Assembly (NCBI GenBank): GCA_963693055.1
Contig: OY843751.1
Coordinates: 64,001-128,000 of the forward strand
Origin: a bacterium
Lineage (GTDB): Bacteria; Zhuqueibacterota; Zhuqueibacteria; Residuimicrobiales; Krinioviventaceae
Length of the DNA stretch: 64,000 bases
Reading direction: 5' to 3'
Of the stretch, positions 1 to 9,166 are shown in pieces; positions within the stretch are counted from its first letter, which is position 1, and every line of letters starts with the position of its first letter. The notes below the pieces were generated by a model. That model was not told where the DNA came from and ran no database searches. It worked only from the letters and a program-made list of their open reading frames with translations. The translations under genes were made by a program, and so were the position numbers.

Positions 1-990
1 GCCAACGGCAGTACCATGTGAATTGATGGTGTTTAGCTCTATCAGGTCCACACCGCGTTCAAGTATTCTGTAAACAGGATTAAAGTTTTCGTCCAAGCCC
101 ATATATTCACGGATGGCCTTGATTTTTGAAGAGCTTAATTGTACCAGCGGTTCATCACTGTTTAATCGATTGTTTTTGTTAGAGTCAATACATATAAACA
201 AGGGTTCACCATAGGCCGGATCGGTTTCTGTAAATCCTGCGGATGTACCGTAATCCCGTATCCCATTGCTGTTGCTGTCAATAAACAGCCAGTCATATTG
301 AGGTTCGTACGCGTCTTGTGTTTTTTCAAACAGTTCCCAGTAATCCAGAACGGGAGCATTGATGTAATGCAGTATTTCATCCGCATCAATTGTTCCGTTG
401 TCATCCAGATCAATGCCGTCGGTACCACCGTCAAATTGTCCGTTTTGATTGACATCGGTCCAATCCAGGGTGTCGCCATCTGCGCGAAAAAACAGGGGAT
501 GGAATATATCCGGGGGATCATCTGCAACGCCAATGGTAATACCTTTACCGGTGATTGGGTTTAAATTGCTATCGTATTGTACCCAGCACTGGTCCGCCTG
601 TATGAGAGCCGCGCTTTTATTTAGACATTTATGACGGTCCTCTTGCCCTGCATACTCGATGGAGAGGATGTTTTCATCCTTTTGTAAAGCAGCAAGCAGA
701 TCAACAGGAGTATAAGCTTTATAGATACCACCCAAATGCAGGGGGGACTGGTTTATCTTTTCAAAAAATACACCCCGGCTTTCCCATTGCTGCACAAAAT
801 CGGCAGGTACATTGGAGCGCGTGCGGATGGAAATGGCGATTTTGTCCTGGTCCACTTTTTGAAGAGATGCTTGGGTATTGTCAGATGCCCATAACAGATA
901 CTGCAGCCGGGTGTCCAGCTTTTGCGTACCTGCAAAAAGTGAATGAGAAAAGATGAGAAATATGTATAAATATAATTTATTAATTTTAAT
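1..990 (-). CDS. S8 (subtilisin-like) serine peptidase, secreted; N-terminal part only (runs off window start)
   Basis: Not in the ORF track; translated by hand. Open frame reads IKINKLYLYIFLIFSHSLFA-GTQK (signal peptide) ... TGKGITIGVADD (catalytic Asp motif) ... NSHGTAVG (catalytic His motif) at the window edge. Start is probably ATT at 990 or 984 after AAAGGA. Confidence 0.8.
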   Translation of the reverse strand, partial: MKINKLYLYIFLIFSHSLFAGTQKLDTRLQYLLWASDNTQASLQKVDQDKIAISIRTRSNVPADFVQQWESRGVFFEKINQSPLHLGGIYKAYTPVDLLAALQKDENILSIEYAGQEDRHKCLNKSAALIQADQCWVQYDSNLNPITGKGITIGVADDPPDIFHPLFFRADGDTLDWTDVNQNGQFDGGTDGIDLDDNGTIDADEILHYINAPVLDYWELFEKTQDAYEPQYDWLFIDSNSNGIRDYGTSAGFTETDPAYGEPLFICIDSNKNNRLNSDEPLVQLSSSKIKAIREYMGLDENFNPVYRILERGVDLIELNTINSHGTAVG

Positions 991-1278
991 TTCCTTTATG
1001 GGTACAACAAATTTAAGAATTATTGATGAACCGTTGCCTGGGATAATACTGCTCCGAATGTGAGATTATTTATGTTGGCCTGTTTCCCATGAAATTAAAT
1101 ATAACAATACGATCATTGTACAGAAATCGCAGATATTTAGGAAAACAGGAGTTGGACAGCAGATCTCCAAAAACAAGTTTTGCTGAAAAATTCGGGTTCA
1201 ATATACGTAAAAACATTGTTTATTGCAAAACGGGAATTGAGAAAATGGGATTGTTTGGGGGTAAAGAACGTTTTAAAA

Positions 1279-1324
1279 TTGGAAATCCTGCCGCCAAAGT
1301 GATATGTAACGGCAGGATTTCCAA
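1279..1324. terminator. Inverted repeat downstream of the epimerase gene (terminator or REP-like)
   Basis: TTGGAAATCCTGCCG-N16-CGGCAGGATTTCCAA, a 15-bp stem just past the stop codon at 1336. Confidence 0.55.
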
Positions 1325-1335
1325 ATCAGTCGCTG

Positions 1336-2322
1336 TTATTCAAATTTTTTAACATAATCTAAAAAAGCCTTGGCGGTTTTGTCGAGGTTTTCCATAGAAC
1401 CGCCGCCATCCAATACTTCGCACATTTCATAAACAATATAGCCCTGGTAACCGATTTCTTTCAAAGTACCAATAAAGTTCTCATAATCGATAACGCCGGT
1501 GCCCATGGGGACCGCGCGCATAACCGGTTTTTCGGCAATATAATTGGTGAGGTGGTTTTCGTAATGGTAGCGGGGCATGGTGATATAATCCGCGGCTATA
1601 GTATTGACAATAAACGGTTTCATTTTTAAAATGGATTCGCGGATTTCTTCTTTGCTCAAGCCTTCCAGTGTGGGGGACCAGGCATCCCAGCCGGACATGA
1701 CGTTGGGCATATTGACTTCTTTGAGCAGCCAGTACATGGCATCGTGATGCAGGGCAATATCGTGATGGTTTTGCACCACCAGGGTTACACCGTACTCTGC
1801 CGCGCGTTTGCCCGATTCTCTTAATCCTTCTAAAACCATGGCGTATTGCTTGTCGTAAGGGATACCGGGTCTTTCGTAACCGGTAAAGATGCGGACCATA
1901 TTGGTGCCCAGATCTTTGGCCAGTTTAGCCAGTTCACCAACATATGCGGCCTGGATCTCGGTATGGGGAATGCCGGGCTTGTCGATACCGGCGGTGTAAT
2001 CGGTATAACCGGCAAGGGCAACCAGCTCGAGTCCCAGTTCTTCTATGCGGGCTTTGAGCTTTTTGCGGGCCGCTTGATCATAATCAATGATGGAAACATG
2101 GGGGCGTTTGGCCACCAGCATAACGCCGTCGTAACCCAGTTCTTTGGCCTTGACCAGGAACTCGTCAACGGTCAACTGTGTCTGGCCGCGCCACACTCCG
2201 GCATAGCTGACCGAGTGCAGACAGGTTTTGACTTTGAAATCTTTGGGATTGCCCGTGGGTGTTTTCTGCGCGTATCCCATTACTGTGAAAAATAACAACA
2301 ATACAACAAGCATACGTTTCAT
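1336..2322 (-). CDS. Sugar phosphate isomerase/epimerase family protein (xylose-isomerase-like TIM barrel) with signal peptide
   Basis: AKELGYDGV, LAKDLGTNMVRIFTG, QNHH, PMGTGVIDY..LKEIGYQGYIVYE motifs; start placed at MKRMLVVLL after GAGG. Confidence 0.85.
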   Translation of the reverse strand: MKRMLVVLLLFFTVMGYAQKTPTGNPKDFKVKTCLHSVSYAGVWRGQTQLTVDEFLVKAKELGYDGVMLVAKRPHVSIIDYDQAARKKLKARIEELGLELVALAGYTDYTAGIDKPGIPHTEIQAAYVGELAKLAKDLGTNMVRIFTGYERPGIPYDKQYAMVLEGLRESGKRAAEYGVTLVVQNHHDIALHHDAMYWLLKEVNMPNVMSGWDAWSPTLEGLSKEEIRESILKMKPFIVNTIAADYITMPRYHYENHLTNYIAEKPVMRAVPMGTGVIDYENFIGTLKEIGYQGYIVYEMCEVLDGGGSMENLDKTAKAFLDYVKKFE

Positions 2323-2343
2323 GATTGACCTCTGTTTTGTGGG

Positions 2344-2568
2344 AATTTGCAAATTTTTAATACTTAGACATTTTTTAACAAATAATCAAGGGAAAAAGAC
2401 GGGTGGCAGAATGATATGAAAAAGAAAGAGTAGGATTAGCAAGTTTCCTGGGTGATTGGAATGGGAGAATAGCCCGGCACCTTTGATGTGATGAGCTATT
2501 ACATGTAATTTACAAATTTTAAATACTTTTTATTTTTTGACAAATAATCAAGGGAAAAAGACGGGAGG
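2344..2568. repeat. Two imperfect ~62-bp direct repeats (2344-2406, 2507-2568)
   Basis: Both contain ACAAATAATCAAGGGAAAAAGACGGG preceded by AATTT(G/A)CAAATTTT..ATACTT. Confidence 0.8.
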
Positions 2569-2571
2569 AAT

Positions 2572-2613
2572 GTAGAACGAGATTTAATTCATTTGTCCGC
2601 TGCAAGCGGACAA
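2572..2613. repeat. GTAG-type REP/REPIN-like element, partial copy
   Basis: GTAGAACGAGATTTAATTCATTT-GTCCGCTGCAAGCGGAC, similar to 5101-5140. Confidence 0.7.
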
Positions 2614-2788
2614 CTTTCCCGTCTTACCCGTAACCGGGGCTCGAGTTCGATTGCATTCGCCAATAGAGAATGCAATCGGGTATAAAAGGCCCGGTATCAA
2701 TCTTGTTTTTTTCTATGATTGTGACGCAGATTTTTGCAACGTGGAATTTATATTGAGACTCTTGGCTGGTTTTATTTTAAATATGGGT

Positions 2789-2815
2789 TAGGGACCGGTC
2801 TGAGACCGGTCCCTA
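2789..2815. repeat. REP-like palindrome
   Basis: TAGGGACCGGTCT-G-AGACCGGTCCCTA, ending in CTAC. Confidence 0.7.
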
Positions 2816-3018
2816 CATTGCGATTATTAAGAAATATAGTAATGCAGATTTCAGCATTGCGGAATATCGCATGGGGACATTCGTACCGAAATTGCTTTGT
2901 ATGCAGCCAGGTCAAATGTCCTGATATATATTCCGCCCGGAACTTCCGATGTGCCGGGCTATTAAATACCTCAACATTTTGGAAGAGAAAGAAAAAAATC
3001 TATTTATTATGGTTCCTC

Positions 3019-3047
3019 TTGATCAAATCTGAAATTTTACTTATTAT
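3019..3047 (+). promoter_or_regulatory. Putative sigma70 promoter
   Basis: TTGATC-N17-TATTAT upstream of a structured leader and the 3268 CDS. Confidence 0.45.
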
Positions 3048-3267
3048 AAAAAAACTAGAGTGCTGGATTTATAAATTTAACGAGTGATGAGGGAGCTCAC
3101 TTGTAATTCAGCGCTTCACGGGGTCGTACTACACGTGAATGCTGTAATCTAATTCGCAAAGAGATGCTCATGTACTGTGGGGTACAATATGAAAGCAAGG
3201 GGAGACGCCTTCAGGCCGCCGTAGATGTATACTAAATTCAAAATTAAATTAAAACAAGGAGTTTAGC

Positions 3268-3918
3268 ATGAAAAATGTAATTAAATTTACTATTTTTGTA
3301 TTATTTTTTTTCAGCTCAATTGCATCTGCTGTTTCAATAGTAAGCGGCCCAACATTCTCAAAGATTGTAATGGATGATTCGTATTATGATATGCATTATT
3401 CAGTGGGTTTGCGATTTGAAAAAAAATTAAGTCAAAAGATATCTCTGATTCATGAATACCTGTTAACAACCAAAGGTGGCTTTTTAAATAATAAAACAAT
3501 TTTTTTAAATAATTTTAGTGAATCTTATATCAGCGATATTTATTGTAAGATCCGCTGTATTGAAATCCCATTACTGCTCAAATATCATATTCATTCTGGC
3601 TTTAATATGTTAGGTGGTTTGGGTTTCAATCTTGGGGTTTCGGACGCATCCGAAATAAATGAGATTGGTGAAATGAGCATTTTATATCAAGACTCGGAAA
3701 GTTTGGAATATGACTTTGGTACCAATTTTGACACAGAATTTTACTCAACAGACAACTCTAGTATAGATTTAGATATCGGAGTTTCTTTTGAAAATGAATT
3801 CTGTGGTTGTGAATTTCTTGCAATATATAATCTTTTAGGACGTTTGGAGACAATCAGTGGTTTAAACATTGCCGAAAAGGTATTGTGCTTTAAAATCAAT
3901 TTCATTCTAAAAAGATAG
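3268..3918 (+). CDS. Outer-membrane beta-barrel protein (PorT/OMP_b-brl-like)
   Basis: Signal peptide, TKGG, IEIPLLLKY, amphipathic strands; SD AAGGAG; AT-rich. Confidence 0.65.
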   Translation: MKNVIKFTIFVLFFFSSIASAVSIVSGPTFSKIVMDDSYYDMHYSVGLRFEKKLSQKISLIHEYLLTTKGGFLNNKTIFLNNFSESYISDIYCKIRCIEIPLLLKYHIHSGFNMLGGLGFNLGVSDASEINEIGEMSILYQDSESLEYDFGTNFDTEFYSTDNSSIDLDIGVSFENEFCGCEFLAIYNLLGRLETISGLNIAEKVLCFKINFILKR

Positions 3919-3931
3919 AAACGGAGACGAT

Positions 3932-4255
3932 ATGAAACGACTATTATTAACAACCATATTAAGTGTATTCATTCTATCTGCTAATGTGTTTGCATTATTA
4001 ATTCCAAGTTCTAATCGGGTTGATTGGTCATCAGCGGGTCTGTATTCTAATGGGCCTGCTTGCGTAGATACTGTTTTACAAATAAATTTAATGCCAGGTG
4101 CTGATGACGATGCAAGGATAAGTAATGCATTAACCACTATTCGGGATATGAGAAGCAATGATAATTATGAAGGTTGGATAATTATTTATACTCGTTCCCA
4201 AACTCCTGTTTGGGAACGCTATGGCTGGATAAACTCTGTTTATCCAGTATGTTAA
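3932..4255 (+). pseudogene. Truncated secreted protein (N-terminus resembles pectin-lyase-fold proteins), interrupted by a palindromic repeat
   Basis: Signal peptide, IPSSNRVDWSSAG, GADDDARISNAL; the tail TRSQTPVWER is translated repeat DNA. Confidence 0.55.
4192..4247. repeat. Palindromic repeat element
   Basis: CGTTCCCAAAC-TCCT-GTTTGGGAACG followed by CTGGATAAAC-TCT-GTTTATCCAG. Confidence 0.7.
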
Positions 4256-4279
4256 GGGGCGTTTTTTGCTTTAGATGTG

Positions 4280-4346
4280 GTCCACCTGGCGGTGGACAAT
4301 CCCATTAAAATGGGATCTACAAGTTGAATGAAAATTGTTTTGTTTG
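4280..4346. repeat. REPIN-like element, copy A
   Basis: GTCCACC-N4-GGTGGAC-AATCCCATTAAAATGGGAT-CTAC-AA-GTTGAATGAAA...; direct repeat of 5058-5124. Confidence 0.8.
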
Positions 4347-4580
4347 TGTAGTATTTATTCTTTTATTTAATATATAAAAGCACAAACCATTAAATGTGTT
4401 GCATTACGGACTTGAGTTACCAGCAATCCCACTTAAAAAAGGATTATCTGTTCTCCTTTATGTTCTTGACTTTGGTTGAATTTATTATAATCTTGATAAA
4501 CGGTATAGATTAAAACCGGGGAAGATTTTTACACGATTTACTATCACTTTCAAGATTAAAATGAGCCAAGGGGTGGAATT

Positions 4581-4970
4581 ATGTATTCTAAAAAATTACT
4601 CTTGTTATATGTCATACTCATTTCAAGCGTTTTGTCTTGCTCGTATTGTTATAATATTTCTAACGATTCTTGCCAGACTCTTGAAGATAAAGAGGACATT
4701 CGGCTCGAGATTCATACGCTTGATGGTGATGTTTATGTTACACGAAATTTTCATGTTGGTAATGATACTTTGTATCTTGAGGATTATACACGGTCAGTGG
4801 GTAAAAAAGGAATGAAAATTCATATAAAATCAATTCGTTATGTTAAAGCATGCGAGTATAACACAACAAAAGGGAAAAAGGGCGGGTTGAAATTCGGTTT
4901 AGGCGTTATTTCCTTTTTTGTAATATTCCCTTTATTGTTATTGATACTGTACCCGCCGGCGGATTTATGA
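4581..4970 (+). CDS. Hypothetical lipoprotein/membrane protein
   Basis: Hydrophobic N-terminus ending VLSC and a C-terminal TM helix; flanked by REPIN-like repeats. Confidence 0.55.
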   Translation: MYSKKLLLLYVILISSVLSCSYCYNISNDSCQTLEDKEDIRLEIHTLDGDVYVTRNFHVGNDTLYLEDYTRSVGKKGMKIHIKSIRYVKACEYNTTKGKKGGLKFGLGVISFFVIFPLLLLILYPPADL

Positions 4971-5057
4971 GAATACAATGATAAATTTGTTTGACAGCGT
5001 ACGGCCCTTTAATACGTCCCGTCAGAAGACGGGAAACCTGCCGTTCTGGTTTCTTCT

Positions 5058-5140
5058 GTCCACCTGCCGGTGGACAATCCCATTAAAATAGGATTTACAA
5101 GTAGAACGAAATTTATTTCGTTTGGCAGCTGCAAGCGGAC
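5058..5140. repeat. REPIN-like element, copy B
   Basis: GTCCACCTGCCGGTGGAC-AATCCCATTAAAATAGGATTTAC-AA-GTAGAACGAAATTTATTTCGTTT..GCTGCAAGCGGAC. Confidence 0.8.
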
Positions 5141-5439
5141 TTGGTCAACTATGCATACTTGGAACTTTTCAGTTTGCTCTTGTCCGTATGCTGGTGAATT
5201 CATGGCATGTTAAGTGTCGTTTTTTCCTCCTTGTCGTAAACTGCCAATGATCGAACAATTTCAAAATGAATTTTCCGAAAATACTTGCTTTGATTACAGG
5301 TCTTGTATATATTATTAATAGTATCTCTATGGATTCTGTGGATGATAACGAGTAGGGAACACCTGGGAACGAAACCAATTACCAAATAAAAAAATATTAC
5401 CCGGAAAGCAGTAAATTTAATAATAAATGGAGTTTTCAA

Positions 5440-6063
5440 ATGGGTGATCTAAAACAAACGTCCGGTATGTCACGCCGTAATTTCATTAAAGGATTAGGCG
5501 GTGGTGTAGCCGGAGCAACCGTTATCACTGCAACTGCGGTAGAAGCGGCACCGGAAGGTCCGCATGGCGCCAAAGTTGTGGGCCCCGGAGCTGTCAAGAT
5601 CGCATTCACTGTAAACGGAAAAAAACATGAACTCGAGATCGATCCGCGCATCACACTGCTGGATGCGCTGCGAAATGATCTGGATTACACCGGTACCAAG
5701 CGGGTCTGTAATCGTGGACAGTGCGGTGCCTGTACTATCATTATGGACGGGAAAACCGTATTGGCGTGCAGTATACTCGCTTTGGATGCCGATGGCGCGT
5801 CACTCGAGACCGTGGAAGGCCTTGCCGATGGCGACAAACTGCATCCCGTTCAGGAAGCCTTTGTAAAGCATGATGCCCTGCAATGCGGATTTTGTACACC
5901 CGGATTTATCATGTCTTGTGTCTCCTTGTTACGCGAAAACGACCAGCCTACATTGGAAGAGATCAAAACCGGCGTTTCAGGCAACTTGTGCCGGTGTGGA
6001 ACGTATCCCAATATTTTCAAAGCCGTTGCTGATGCGGCTGACACGATCAAGAAGGGAGGTTGA
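5440..6063 (+). CDS. Xanthine dehydrogenase family 2x[2Fe-2S] subunit with Tat signal (PaoA/YagT-like)
   Basis: SRRNFIK Tat motif; GTKRVCNRGQCGACT, QCGFCTPG, GNLCRCG. Confidence 0.92.
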   Translation: MGDLKQTSGMSRRNFIKGLGGGVAGATVITATAVEAAPEGPHGAKVVGPGAVKIAFTVNGKKHELEIDPRITLLDALRNDLDYTGTKRVCNRGQCGACTIIMDGKTVLACSILALDADGASLETVEGLADGDKLHPVQEAFVKHDALQCGFCTPGFIMSCVSLLRENDQPTLEEIKTGVSGNLCRCGTYPNIFKAVADAADTIKKGG

Positions 6064-6065
6064 TT

Positions 6066-8171
6066 ATGGCCGGATGGAAAAAACCTGAAGAAATGACCAT
6101 TGTGGGTAAATCCTACTCCCGTATTGATGGCCCGGATAAAGTTACCGGACGCGCAAAATATACCTATGACCTAAAATTCCCCGGTATGCTTTACGGACGC
6201 ATACTGCGCAGTCCTCACCCGCATGCAAAAATTGTATCCATTGATGCATCAGACGTATTGAAAATGCCTGGTGTAAAAACCGTGATTACCGATATCAAAG
6301 ATGAAGTGTTTTTTGTTGGCGATGATGTAGCCGCAGTGGCAGCAGTAAGTGAAGAATGTGCCGCAGAAGCGCTATTGAAATTCAAAGTCAAATACGAGGT
6401 GCTTCCCTTTACCGTACGTGAGCAGGAAGCGTTAAAAGGCGATATCAAAGTATTCAGCAACAAAGAAGATAATATAGGCCGTGTGCAAAATCGGGAAGAA
6501 GGAGATGTAGAAAAAGGATTTGCAGAAGCTGATGCCGTTGTAGAGCATACCTATCATATGAATGTGCAGATCCACACTCCCCTTGAAACTCACGGCTGTA
6601 TTGTGAATTGGGAAGGAGACGACCTCTATATGTGGAGTTCTACCCAGGCTGTTCATAGTGAACGTGCCGGCATGGCAAGGCATTTCGAGATCCCCGAAAA
6701 CAAGGTGCATGTTGTGGCCCATCATATGGGTGGTGGCTTTGGCAGCAAACTGGGCATTAAAAGCTTTCATCCCATTTGTGCCAGACTCGCGAAAAAAGCC
6801 AACGCTCCGGTAAAAATGATGCTGGACCGTGAAGAGCAATTGCTGGCAGTGGGTAACCGTCCCTCTTCATTCCAGAAAATCAAGATTGGCGCTAAAAAAG
6901 ACGGTACCTTTATCGCGTTTCAACTGGAATCCTATGGGTCGGCTGGCGTAGGAACAGGCGCCGGTGTACCTCAACCATATGTTTATGAATTTCCCAATTA
7001 TAAAATAGACCACCAGGATGTGCATATCAATGCGGGTGGCAGCGCACCCATGCGCGCACCGGGGCATCCCCAGGCCAACTTTGCCATGGAATCGGCAATT
7101 GATGAACTGGCGGACAAGCTGGGCATGGATGCGTTAGAGATGCGCAAGAAAAATGATCCCAATACTACTCGTCAAAAAGAATACGAGATTGGCGCGGAAC
7201 AGTTTGGCTGGAAGAACCGGCCCAAAACCGGTAGTCAAAGAGGACGAGTTGTAAAAGGAATGGGTGTGGGCTCTGGCCGATGGGGCGGTGGTGGCAACAA
7301 GAATACCAAAGCCATTATCAATATTTATCCCGACAGCTCGGTGGATATCAAGATCGGTACTCAGGATATTGGAACCGGAACGAGAACAATCATACAGGCG
7401 GTTGTGGCAGAAGAACTGGAATTGAAACCGGAAATGGTACAGCCCTTTATTGGTAAATCCGACTATCCCTGGGCGCCGGGCAGCGGTGGAAGTGTGACCG
7501 CTCCTTCTGTGACGACAACGGTCAAGCTGGCCGCAACTCAAGCGATGGAAACCTTGAAAACCCATGTTGCGGAAGAATGGGGTATTCCTGTTGAGCAGGT
7601 GAAATACCAAAAGATGAAATTCAACGGCAATGACAGTTCACAGTCCCTTTCATGGAAAGGAGCTTGTGCGCTTTTAGACGGGCAGCCTGTGTCTGAGCAG
7701 GTCCAATGGCAGGAAGGATTGTCTGACAGTGGTACAGCGGGTTGTCAGTTTGCTGAAGTAGAGGTAGATACCGAAACCGGTCAGATCAAGATCACCCGCA
7801 TGCTGGGTGTGCAGGATTGCGGGCTGGTAGTAAATATGCTGACAGCTGTTAACCAGGTACAGGGTGCAATGATTGGAGAGATTGGGTACGTTACTCTGGA
7901 AAACCGTCTGCTTGATTATGAAACCGGTGTAATGCCAAACGCGGATATGGAAAATTATAAAATACCGGGCGCTAAAGAAATGCCTGATTTTAGCGTAACC
8001 ATGTATGATGAATCTGAGCGGGGTGTCATCGGATTGGGTGAACCACCGGCTATACCCGGTGTGGGTGCAATTGCAAATGCAATTGCCAACGCCATTGGAA
8101 CCCGGATTTATGAACTGCCGATAACGCCTGATAAAGTCCTCATGGCGCTGCAAGGAAAGGAGGACAACTGA
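6066..8171 (+). CDS. Xanthine dehydrogenase family molybdopterin-binding subunit (PaoC/YagR-like)
   Basis: KVTGRAKY, RSPHPHA, GGGFGSK, MRAPG, GSGGS, GLGEPP, LPITPDKV; SD GGAGG. Confidence 0.92.
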   Translation: MAGWKKPEEMTIVGKSYSRIDGPDKVTGRAKYTYDLKFPGMLYGRILRSPHPHAKIVSIDASDVLKMPGVKTVITDIKDEVFFVGDDVAAVAAVSEECAAEALLKFKVKYEVLPFTVREQEALKGDIKVFSNKEDNIGRVQNREEGDVEKGFAEADAVVEHTYHMNVQIHTPLETHGCIVNWEGDDLYMWSSTQAVHSERAGMARHFEIPENKVHVVAHHMGGGFGSKLGIKSFHPICARLAKKANAPVKMMLDREEQLLAVGNRPSSFQKIKIGAKKDGTFIAFQLESYGSAGVGTGAGVPQPYVYEFPNYKIDHQDVHINAGGSAPMRAPGHPQANFAMESAIDELADKLGMDALEMRKKNDPNTTRQKEYEIGAEQFGWKNRPKTGSQRGRVVKGMGVGSGRWGGGGNKNTKAIINIYPDSSVDIKIGTQDIGTGTRTIIQAVVAEELELKPEMVQPFIGKSDYPWAPGSGGSVTAPSVTTTVKLAATQAMETLKTHVAEEWGIPVEQVKYQKMKFNGNDSSQSLSWKGACALLDGQPVSEQVQWQEGLSDSGTAGCQFAEVEVDTETGQIKITRMLGVQDCGLVVNMLTAVNQVQGAMIGEIGYVTLENRLLDYETGVMPNADMENYKIPGAKEMPDFSVTMYDESERGVIGLGEPPAIPGVGAIANAIANAIGTRIYELPITPDKVLMALQGKEDN

Positions 8172-9148
8172 TGAAAGCTTTTGAATATATATACCCCAAG
8201 GATGTAAAATCTGTGCCTGCTGTACTGGGCGAATATGAGGGTAAGGCCTTGTTATATGCTGGCGGGACCGATGCCCTGGCCCGCATGAAAGAAGGCGTTG
8301 ATCGTCCTGAACATGTGGTGAATTTAAAAGGACTGGATGAGCTGAGCTCTATTTGGGATGATAAAGACGGATTACAAATTGGCGCAGGAACATTGCTATC
8401 TACCATTGCGAACAGCGATGTGGTTAAACAATATGGAGGACTGGCAAAAGCGGTAGAAACCGTAGCTACCATCCAGTTGCGGAATATGGGCACCCTGGGC
8501 GGCAATTTGTGTCAGCGTCCGCGCTGCTGGTATTATCGCAGTCGCCATTTCGATTGTGTACGCAAAGGTGGTGATGTTTGTTTTGCCATCAGTGGTGACA
8601 ATAAATACCATGCCATATTGGGTGGATTCCCCTGTTATATCGTCTATCCTTCGGATGTTGCACCCATGCTTATAACGCTTGGCGCCGAGATAGAGATTCT
8701 TGGACCTCAAGGCACCAAAAGAGTACCGCTGGAAGATTTTTACATCTTGCCTGATGAAAACTCTACCCGTGAGAATATATTAAAATTCGATGAAATTGTC
8801 ACCAAAGTGATTGTTCCGAAAAAGGCAAAGCAGCTCAAGAGTCATTATCTGAAATTTAAGGAACGTGATTCATTCGATTTTGCTATGGTGAGTGTTGCGG
8901 TTTCGGGCAAGGTTTCCGGAAACAAGATATCTGATCTGAAAATCGCCATGGGAGGAGTAGCACCTAAACCCTGGCGTGCATTCAAAGCGGAAAAAGTACT
9001 GGACGGCAAAACCATTACCGATGACTTGCTAAAACAGGCAGGTGAAGCGGAATTAAAAGATGCCGAACCGCTGGAACAGAATGAATATAAAATCACGTTG
9101 ACGAAAAACCTGCTCAAGCGGGCAGTTGGTGAATTGTTAGCCGAATAA
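8171..9148 (+). CDS. FAD-binding subunit with [4Fe-4S] insert (PaoB/YagS-like)
   Basis: AGGTD, QLRNMGTLGGNLCQRPRCWYYR...C.RKGG..C, GGVAPKPWR, NEYKI. Confidence 0.92.
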   Translation: MKAFEYIYPKDVKSVPAVLGEYEGKALLYAGGTDALARMKEGVDRPEHVVNLKGLDELSSIWDDKDGLQIGAGTLLSTIANSDVVKQYGGLAKAVETVATIQLRNMGTLGGNLCQRPRCWYYRSRHFDCVRKGGDVCFAISGDNKYHAILGGFPCYIVYPSDVAPMLITLGAEIEILGPQGTKRVPLEDFYILPDENSTRENILKFDEIVTKVIVPKKAKQLKSHYLKFKERDSFDFAMVSVAVSGKVSGNKISDLKIAMGGVAPKPWRAFKAEKVLDGKTITDDLLKQAGEAELKDAEPLEQNEYKITLTKNLLKRAVGELLAE

Positions 9149-9166
9149 AAAAGGGTAGGTGTTATT

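Noticed and set aside
162-935. Short ORFs in the track (162-533, 298-564, 449-634, 753-935)
   Set aside because: Shadows of the S8 peptidase frame, which the track missed because the frame runs off the window
2734-3087. 117-aa ORF
   Set aside because: Runs through a REP-like palindrome and promoter DNA; no SD or protein-like features
2344-5140. Possible CRISPR array or integron cassette array
   Set aside because: Repeats are few, heterogeneous and irregularly spaced; no cas or intI gene; ends are GTAG/CTAC-type rather than clear attC R-boxes
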